DNA from: a virus
Taxonomy: Duplodnaviria; Caudoviricetes
IMG/VR virus record: IMGVR_UViG_3300013936_000023
Location: 10,757-74,756 of that record
Reading direction: 5' to 3' (one strand)
Length of the DNA stretch: 64,000 nucleotides
Positions 57,354 to 64,000 of the stretch are shown here, piece after piece. A program made the translations under genes and the position numbers. Each line of letters starts with the position of its first letter. Within the stretch, counting starts at the first letter, position 1. The notes beneath the pieces were generated by a model. It had not been told where the DNA came from, ran no database searches, and saw only the letters and a list, made by a program, of their open reading frames with translations.

Positions 57354-58266
57354 TTATGCGCCAAGATATTTGAGATAGACAGCACCGTAACGGCCAGTTG
57401 TAGCGTAAGGATTTTGACTGCTCTGCCCTACACCATAATTGGCAGATAATACGCCGCCTCCGACTGTAACAACTGTATGGCCACTATAAGAATACGCTCC
57501 GTTCTTGCCTTTATTGCCACTTCCGGTACCATAGTAAGGAGATTCTGTGGATGCGTTTCCGGCATTTGTTACGGTGTAAGAGTCAAAAGATGTGGTTGTT
57601 CCTTCGTTTATCGCGATGGTGACATTGATTACCTGCCCTTTAGTTAATACGACAGAATCATACGATTGACACGATGCACCACCAGAGGCGTAGGGAACAC
57701 CAGATGATTTTCCCGCTCCGCCATATCCATACAACTCAATATAATATCTGCCCGTTCTTGGTACAGTCCAAGTGCCAGACGATGTAATCGTCCACTCAGT
57801 CTGCCCCCCCCATATCATAGCCACCAATGGCGGCAAAATAGTAGATAGAACCGGAATCATTGAGTTGCCTTTCCGCATTACTCGAAGAATAAATAAAGAT
57901 AGATTTTCTGTCAGAAGACATCGAGACATTGCAGCTACTTGAAATTCCATAATTTGGACGCATCTCTATCCAATTCGTAGAAAACATATTGCATAATTGC
58001 CAATAAGGCTGAAGTGAAAGAGAATAAATTGGAGTAAACCAAATAATCGGCTCAAACGGAAACTGTAGCACCGTAGGCTTGTTTGCGCCATACGTCCCAG
58101 TACCCGTATAAAACCCCGTATACAGCAACAACCCATTATCCTGAACCCATTGCTTAACTTCCGCCAAACTCTGGCCTTCCAACTGCTTTGCGTTATACGC
58201 CAATGGCAACACGTTATCAAAACTTGAGCCATTCCATTGTTTCATGTTTACATTGTAATCTGCCAT
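57354..58266 (-). CDS. tail-fibre/receptor-binding cassette 2, frameshifted at a G8 tract (57804-57811)
   Basis: N-part paralogous to 58361..58873; removing one G fuses it to a Gly-rich domain (TITSSGTWTVP..YGYGGAG). Confidence 0.7.
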
Positions 58267-58360
58267 AAAATTTTCGCTTCATCATGGCAATTCAAGAGAA
58301 TCACGTTAGGGATTCTCAAGTGATGAAGGGCTGGGGATAAATTTGAAAGTTATGAAGGGG

Positions 58361-58873
58361 TTAGCCGATGGCGACGTAATAATAGCGCCCCTCAGAAGAC
58401 GCTGGAACTTGTTGATTTAGCTGATACACCGCTGACGCTTTGGCCCCGCTCACATAAAAACTTATCCCGTCTTTTTCAAATGACACAACCATAGTTGCCC
58501 CGCTGGTTATAATCATAGTGTCAGGATTTGCAGAATTAAACAAGAAAGCGTTTGTATCATTATGGTCTGAGTCCACAAAATCAAACCCTATGAGCCGATA
58601 ATACATTACACTACTGTAATTTCCTACCGCCAGATAATACACATACACGTATTTCGGTCTGAACCCGCACGTAATCACCGTAGGATTATTCTGGCCATAC
58701 GTTCCCGTGCCCACATAACTTCCTGTTGCAATCTGAGATAACCCAGCCCTTGCTTGGGCTATAATCTCAGTTGCCCCCCCCCCCGCAAGGGTCAACGCTT
58801 GAGAAGCGTAGGGGAGGATATTATCGAAGCTCGTACCATTGTACTGCTTCATCTGAACATTGTAGTCAGCCAT
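58361..58873 (-). CDS. tail-fibre/receptor-binding cassette 1 with an in-frame G11 tract
   Basis: MADYNVQMKQYNG...TGSYVGTGTYG...YYYVAIG; C11 at 58774-58784. Confidence 0.7.
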   Translation of the reverse strand: MADYNVQMKQYNGTSFDNILPYASQALTLAGGGATEIIAQARAGLSQIATGSYVGTGTYGQNNPTVITCGFRPKYVYVYYLAVGNYSSVMYYRLIGFDFVDSDHNDTNAFLFNSANPDTMIITSGATMVVSFEKDGISFYVSGAKASAVYQLNQQVPASSEGRYYYVAIG

Positions 58874-58914
58874 GATTTTAGCTTGACCTCCTTTTCTTTA
58901 TTCCTTAAATTCCT

Positions 58915-59214
58915 TTAGTTCCATTCAACCCAACCATCCATGTAGACGTAAATCTTGCCGTCCTTGAGATAGTAGGCGTTGTTAATGGGCGTCATGCCAT
59001 CGACCCAGACAATCGGATTGTCCGCGCTCGTACCCTTGGGGTCGGCCTGTTCGACATAATCCTTGCGAACGTCAATATCATTGACCGTGTAGATGACCCA
59101 ATCAAAGCCAATCTTGTCGCTCTGCTCAGTGCGGATGGAAATGCCGCCAGCCTTGCGAACCATCTCGCCGTCAACGACCTTGCCACGGATTTCAATAGCT
59201 TCACTCTTCGTCAT
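58915..59214 (-). CDS. tail-associated small protein
   Basis: GTSADNPIVWVDGM...NAYYLKDG. Confidence 0.55.
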   Translation of the reverse strand: MTKSEAIEIRGKVVDGEMVRKAGGISIRTEQSDKIGFDWVIYTVNDIDVRKDYVEQADPKGTSADNPIVWVDGMTPINNAYYLKDGKIYVYMDGWVEWN

Positions 59215-59551
59215 TTTCAGTACCTCCAGAAATAATCTTTAATGCTTCGGCGTCAGTAATCTCGCCCTTGATAATTGCCACGGCCTCTTCGTCGGAAATT
59301 TGCTCCTCTCCCGGCTCAGGCTCAGGATGCTCGGCGTCCCACTTATCAAGCGCCTCTTGGTTGACCGTCATGGCCGTGACAGTATCGCCATCGACCTCAA
59401 GATTCACGAATCCCTTAGCTTGACAATAGGTATCGACGTATTGCTCGTCACACCAGTAGTAGCCATCAGGCAAAGTCGCGCCATTCCATGTTTGCATATT
59501 GCTTCTACCGCCATCTTCATTGACAGCGCTGGGGATAATCCACATTGCCAT
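59201..59551 (-). CDS. tail-fibre assembly-like protein
   Basis: KGFVNLEVDGDTVTAMTVNQEALDKW; Pro/Glu linker. Confidence 0.55.
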   Translation of the reverse strand: MAMWIIPSAVNEDGGRSNMQTWNGATLPDGYYWCDEQYVDTYCQAKGFVNLEVDGDTVTAMTVNQEALDKWDAEHPEPEPGEEQISDEEAVAIIKGEITDAEALKIISGGTENDEE

Positions 59552-59570
59552 TATCCTCTACCTCCATTCA

Positions 59571-59813
59571 TCAGGTTACGATTTGATACCACCATGTGCC
59601 CTTGATAGGATTAGTCGGCTGGGTGCTCGATACGCGCACCGTCAGGCTGTCCAGCAGCTTGTCAAGGTCGTCAGTAGTGGTCACGCCAAGATTCGCCAGC
59701 TTGGCCACAATAGCCTCGCTCAGATGAATTTGGCTCGATACGCTCGACGGCTCAAGCACGTCATAGTCCGTACCGTTATATTGCTTAATGGTAAAATCTT
59801 TGGTAGTCGCCAT
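59571..59813 (-). CDS. small tail protein
   Basis: IKQYNGTDYDVL N-terminus shared with the cassettes; VSSTQPTNP..GTWWY. Confidence 0.6.
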   Translation of the reverse strand: MATTKDFTIKQYNGTDYDVLEPSSVSSQIHLSEAIVAKLANLGVTTTDDLDKLLDSLTVRVSSTQPTNPIKGTWWYQIVT

Positions 59814-59837
59814 AGATTCTCACCTCATCTTCCTTGG

Positions 59838-60236
59838 TTATAAATCTTCAACGTTCTTAGGCTCGTTGAGAATTTCCGTAAATTTCGTCGCCGCTTCCTT
59901 GATGTACTTGCAACTCGCCAATAGGCACACACCAATCACGGCGATATTGCTCAACACATCCGTGTACTCAGCAGGAATCTCCCAGCCAACCAGCGTCGCA
60001 AAGTTGGGCAGAGCAGTTGCCGCCACAACAAGGAACGTCAGGCCAAGCACCACGCTCAGCACCTTCCAGCCGGAGCTGATAAGGCGTTCGCGCTCAAACG
60101 GCTGGCCAAGTTGCTTGACGTTATGGTATAGGCCAAACGCCATGTTGCTCAGGTAGGCACAAAGGAAAATACCCATAGCATACGCCATATTGAGCAGGTT
60201 GGCTAACATATTGTTAAGAAATTCGTTCATCTTCAT
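59838..60236 (-). CDS. holin-like membrane protein
   Basis: Three hydrophobic segments; adjacent to the endolysin. Confidence 0.6.
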   Translation of the reverse strand: MKMNEFLNNMLANLLNMAYAMGIFLCAYLSNMAFGLYHNVKQLGQPFERERLISSGWKVLSVVLGLTFLVVAATALPNFATLVGWEIPAEYTDVLSNIAVIGVCLLASCKYIKEAATKFTEILNEPKNVEDL

Positions 60237-60850
60237 CAGCCCTTCTTCATCATTCTATCCAGCATGACCAGCACTTCCTCGCGCGTAGTAAACGCCTTGG
60301 GGCGAGAGCCATCGGTCACGCCATCCTTCTTCATCTCGGCAATGCTTGCCGTTGCCCAGCTCGATGCGGATTTCTTGCCAAGCTCGGCAAGATATACATC
60401 CATCATCTTGTTGAAATCTTCTTGAGTCATTTCATCATACTCCTTCATCATGGGCGGCAGATTGAGCTTGCGCACCATGGCGTTTGTCCACTTGCCCCCA
60501 TCATCCCATTGGAAATGCGGCTTATCAGGGAACGACTTCCAATCGCCGCCCCAAGTGAAGCCCATCTCCTTGCCAATCTTGCTAACGCCGCGCCAGAAAT
60601 TAGCATCATCGTACTCATGACCTTTGACGTTCTTACAAATATCAAACGCCAGCCCGACCTTATCCCAATGAAAGCTCGGCACAGCAGTCTTGGCATATCC
60701 ATTCTTGCAAAGTTGCGCCTGATACTCGGCATCCCGCACTGTCTGCGTGACAAGCACGGGATAGCCAGCCGCCCTACACCTCTCAATGAAGATGCGGCAA
60801 TTCACGGCAACGTCCTTGCGCAACTTATCAATATCTCTACTGTTCAGCAT
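60236..60850 (-). CDS. endolysin, M15-family peptidase
   Basis: TVRDAEYQ, SFH..GLAFD, WGGDWKSFPDKPHFQ; partial SLH-like tail TREEV. Confidence 0.85.
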   Translation of the reverse strand: MLNSRDIDKLRKDVAVNCRIFIERCRAAGYPVLVTQTVRDAEYQAQLCKNGYAKTAVPSFHWDKVGLAFDICKNVKGHEYDDANFWRGVSKIGKEMGFTWGGDWKSFPDKPHFQWDDGGKWTNAMVRKLNLPPMMKEYDEMTQEDFNKMMDVYLAELGKKSASSWATASIAEMKKDGVTDGSRPKAFTTREEVLVMLDRMMKKG

Positions 60851-60855
60851 ATCCG

Positions 60856-61155
60856 TTACCCCTCAATAATGGATTGAGCCAACGACGCTACGTTCTCAAT
60901 CCCATACTCGCTCGCCATCTCCTTGACAAAGGCAACGGCGATTTTCTTCTTATTCTCAGCTCGTTCCTTAAATGCATATGCCGCAGTGTACACGCCCGTA
61001 TCAGCCCATGCAAAGCCACATAGCGTGGCAAGGTCGGCCATGTTCCTATCTGTGAAGAAGACGCCGTATACAAGAGCCGCGCTCAATGCAATAGTCACGA
61101 CCCACGACACGACGCCCCACTTCTTCATGGTCGACATTTTCTTGAGAATCCTCAT
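60856..61155 (-). CDS. holin-like membrane protein
   Basis: Two TM segments; KERAEN motif. Confidence 0.6.
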   Translation of the reverse strand: MRILKKMSTMKKWGVVSWVVTIALSAALVYGVFFTDRNMADLATLCGFAWADTGVYTAAYAFKERAENKKKIAVAFVKEMASEYGIENVASLAQSIIEG

Positions 61156-61427
61156 GTCTCAAAATACACCTCGCCCTGCTTAATGCCAGTTGGCGGCGTA
61201 GGGCTTACCTTGATAATATCTTGCTTGAACGTCGAGTCGTCATTCTCTTCAAGCGAGACAATCTGGCTCGTGATAGCATTGAGAGCTGCTGCATTGACAA
61301 TCTTGCCACTAAGGCTTGTATCAGCCAGCAGATTCAACGCCGAATCAATCGAGCCAGCTTGCCACAGCTCAACAAACTGCCGCCATTTGGCTTTATCGGC
61401 GAGATGGATATCTTCATATGTCATCAT
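61152..61427 (-). CDS. small tail protein
   Basis: Paralogous to 61424..61744; VSPTPPTGIKQGEVYF. Confidence 0.55.
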   Translation of the reverse strand: MMTYEDIHLADKAKWRQFVELWQAGSIDSALNLLADTSLSGKIVNAAALNAITSQIVSLEENDDSTFKQDIIKVSPTPPTGIKQGEVYFET

Positions 61428-61744
61428 GCGTTACCACCTGTATCAAACCAGAAGTCTCCGGCAGCTTGGTCGACAGGCTGGGTGTCGCTGACGATATATG
61501 CAGGACTCCAACGCTGGAGGTAATACGTCTCAAGGGCATCCATAGCATCCTTTATGTTGTTCAGATATTCAGCCGTGATGACCTTGTCCGCACCATCCGT
61601 CATCTGGGCAAGTATTTGCTTTGCCTTTGCAATTTCGCCGCTCTGCATAGCCGTCTGGTACTGAGCCAGCAGGATAGCATCAGCCGCCGTTACGTCTTGC
61701 ATGGTCGGGAAGTTGTCCTTGGCATTTGGAAAATTTGTTGCCAT
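61424..61744 (-). CDS. small tail protein
   Basis: VSDTQPVDQAAGDFWF. Confidence 0.55.
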   Translation of the reverse strand: MATNFPNAKDNFPTMQDVTAADAILLAQYQTAMQSGEIAKAKQILAQMTDGADKVITAEYLNNIKDAMDALETYYLQRWSPAYIVSDTQPVDQAAGDFWFDTGGNA

Positions 61745-61761
61745 CTGTAATCATCTCCTTA

Positions 61762-63243
61762 TCAGTATAGAGGATAGTAGGAATATAACGTCATGGCGCT
61801 TACATCCATGCCATTGATATCCCCATAGTCCGCGCTAAAGGATTTAATCATGTAGCGCCCAGTGGTCGTGCCACCTTTGACCGCGTGTTCTATGACCGTG
61901 TTGACGTCAAGCCAAGGGATGGGCAACATACCCATAGACAACGCATCGTTCAGTCGGCACTTCCAATAAATTTCGAGCTTGGCTCTCTCAAGCGCCAGCT
62001 CATCGCTCGTAATGTTGTCGTAATCACCGCCATACAGTACCTCACGGATGATGCCCACAGAGCCGCCAGTATAGAACGGGCTGTCAGGGTTGTCATCCTG
62101 CCATACGGCTTGGGCTTGCTGATGGCCCATGAATAGCCATGTCTTTGTGGTCACGGCGTCATCGCCCTCACCAGTTGTTTCCTCTTGAAGGTTCGCCACC
62201 CAGTAGACATCCTTGGCAAGATTCTTGATTGGCTCGCCAGCAGAATCAACAAGCGGCAATGCATCGTGCGTAACCTCAGAACCATCAACGGCGTTGCTGA
62301 CAACCTTGATGGTGATAGCCGTGTCCGTGATATCTGCATCAGGCGTAAAGCCAATCATGGTATTAGCTGGCAGTTCAGGAAGGTCGGCAATCTTGACCGT
62401 AATAGCGCCGCCGTCAATCGTAATCTCACTTGGGTAGTTCACGATATCATGGCTTCTGCCCCATACCTCGATGTAGTTCTTGACGGATTCAAAGCTCGTG
62501 TTGATAGATTCGCTCTGGACAATCTTGGGCAGGACATTATCATCCAGCAACACAGGCGCATCCTCGCCAGTCGGGATATACTCGTAATGGAATACGCCGT
62601 CAACGTCAAAATACATCTGGTATTGCGGCAGGATATCCCTCAGAGCAGAGAGGATGTCGTATACAGTGCCACCTTGCTCAATCTTGATTTCATATGGAAC
62701 TTCCTGTACAGTACCATCACGCAGCTTGCAATCGTCAACCACATACTTGTCAAAGCCCGCCAAGCCGAGGCAAGTAATGATGGCGTCGCGCACACTCGAG
62801 CCTTGAGGGATAACATAGGGGATACCCGTCAGAGTACCATTACGCAAACCTGTCAGCTTGGCCATCAGGTCAACAGCGCTGAAGCTCAGGGTGTTGGTCG
62901 CGGTATCATATTGCCAGCTTGGGTCGTTGATAAGGTATATACCTTGGTTGTACCATTGAATCTCGCCAGTACGAATATTCTCAATGCCGATATACGGCTG
63001 AATCATCTTGTCAAGCCAAATCTTGCTGCCAGCCTTAATGTCGAACGAGCTGTCGGTCACAACGATTTCAACATTGCACGTCCTGCGAATATCGCTGTCA
63101 GCATCAACGCTTACATCAAAGCTCATGACATTACCGCTCAGCTCATCCACAACCGTATAGTCGAAGTCGAGCAGATTCACCTTGAGGTAACGATTGATGA
63201 TACGCTGTTGAATGATATCGTAATCCTGTTGCTGGATAATCAT
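61762..63243 (-). CDS. baseplate hub/tail-tip protein
   Basis: 493 aa; DSDIRRTC, GIYLI, YFDVDGVF, PWLDVN pattern. Confidence 0.6.
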   Translation of the reverse strand: MIIQQQDYDIIQQRIINRYLKVNLLDFDYTVVDELSGNVMSFDVSVDADSDIRRTCNVEIVVTDSSFDIKAGSKIWLDKMIQPYIGIENIRTGEIQWYNQGIYLINDPSWQYDTATNTLSFSAVDLMAKLTGLRNGTLTGIPYVIPQGSSVRDAIITCLGLAGFDKYVVDDCKLRDGTVQEVPYEIKIEQGGTVYDILSALRDILPQYQMYFDVDGVFHYEYIPTGEDAPVLLDDNVLPKIVQSESINTSFESVKNYIEVWGRSHDIVNYPSEITIDGGAITVKIADLPELPANTMIGFTPDADITDTAITIKVVSNAVDGSEVTHDALPLVDSAGEPIKNLAKDVYWVANLQEETTGEGDDAVTTKTWLFMGHQQAQAVWQDDNPDSPFYTGGSVGIIREVLYGGDYDNITSDELALERAKLEIYWKCRLNDALSMGMLPIPWLDVNTVIEHAVKGGTTTGRYMIKSFSADYGDINGMDVSAMTLYSYYPLY

Positions 63244-63250
63244 GCCGCCA

Positions 63251-64000
63251 TCACACTCCCTCTGGAATCATGCCCGCTTCATACATATCTTGCTTGTTGT
63301 TGGGGTCGCCAATTTCCGTCCAGTCAGCCGCCATAGTATTCCAGCCCATACCGCTACGGTCATCAAACGTGATGCTTGGATTACCAGTGATGTATACCAG
63401 CCATTCCGCACCATTCCAATCCTTGATAACCTTTGGCTTTTTGTTGTTCAAGAATTTCAGCAAAGCCTCACGCTGTTGGACAATAGCCTTGCGGTCAAAC
63501 TTGCCATCACGCAGATAGTTGGGCGGCAGGATATCACCGCTGATGTTGCCCTGCTTATAGTCCACCAAGCCATTGCTGATGATGATGGGGTATTGCCTAC
63601 CAAGCGCCGTATATGTGCCAACCTGATGCACGGCATCCATCGTGCCATATGTCACGTTGGCATAGAACTTGAATACCGTGTTGACATCGCAGATGAACAC
63701 GCCGTCAAATTGACTCAGGATTTCTTGAATATTGTACTCGCCCTCAACAATCGTGCCTTCGGTATTGGCCATGAGTGGCACATAGGCATATTCATACTCG
63801 ACGCCGCTCGCCGTGGTCGTATCGTTGAACGTAAAGATAAAATCTTCTGGCGTATTGATTTCCACAGTCTTGATGGTCATCCAATCAAACGTGCCCTTAA
63901 CACGCCGCTTGACCTTGACCGCCGTGATATCAGCCGTGATTTGCTCCCAGTTGCCCGCGTTGACATTGCCATCAAAGTTGCAATCCATGATGGTATCAAA
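63251..64000 (-). CDS. distal tail/baseplate protein (5' end outside window)
   Basis: Open to the window edge; SGVEYEYAYVP, GRQYPII, KPKVIKDWNG. Confidence 0.55.
   Translation of the reverse strand, partial: FDTIMDCNFDGNVNAGNWEQITADITAVKVKRRVKGTFDWMTIKTVEINTPEDFIFTFNDTTTASGVEYEYAYVPLMANTEGTIVEGEYNIQEILSQFDGVFICDVNTVFKFYANVTYGTMDAVHQVGTYTALGRQYPIIISNGLVDYKQGNISGDILPPNYLRDGKFDRKAIVQQREALLKFLNNKKPKVIKDWNGAEWLVYITGNPSITFDDRSGMGWNTMAADWTEIGDPNNKQDMYEAGMIPEGV

Noticed and set aside
57354-58873. Diversity-generating retroelement in the tail cassettes
   Set aside because: No reverse transcriptase in the window and no TR/VR pair differing only at adenines; the paralogs diverge at all positions.

Overview
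This window is most of the genome of a large tailed (siphovirus-type) phage with SPbeta-like organisation. The host is inferred to be an anaerobic Bacillota/Clostridia member, from sigmaA TTGACA-N17-TATAAT promoters, strong GGAGG Shine-Dalgarno (SD) sites and an NrdDG reductase. The virion operon is on the - strand and starts near 18.6 kb: YonO-like single-subunit RNA polymerase, two HU-like proteins, metallophosphoesterase, terminase, portal, protease, capsid, neck and major tail protein. It runs off the left edge and resumes at the right edge (64 kb to 56.3 kb: baseplate/tail, lysis, tail-fibre cassettes), so the window looks circularly permuted with the tape-measure segment outside it. The + strand (19-56 kb) carries small early genes, RecJ, tRNAs, a tyrosine recombinase, PhoH, an IscS-like enzyme, DnaE, AAA ATPase/SSB, DnaB, primase, a RecD-like helicase, NrdDG, a ThyX-like protein and dUTPase. 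The genome is heavily invaded by homing endonuclease genes (HEGs): 7 free-standing, 1 in a group I intron and 1 in an intein. Main observations: (1) a shared three-way-junction/pseudoknot leader RNA that pairs over the SD of four HEGs from unrelated families, with compensatory changes; (2) HEG insertions that carry recoded replacements of the host-gene segment they displace (split recJ; AAA ATPase N-terminus); (3) a ~560-nt structured RNA ahead of the terminase operon; (4) a 7-nt TAT-TAGG-TAT interruption in terL; (5) poly-G tracts that could phase-vary paralogous tail-fibre cassettes; (6) promoters carrying an anti-SD between -35 and -10. All RNA folds were derived by eye and no database searches were run.
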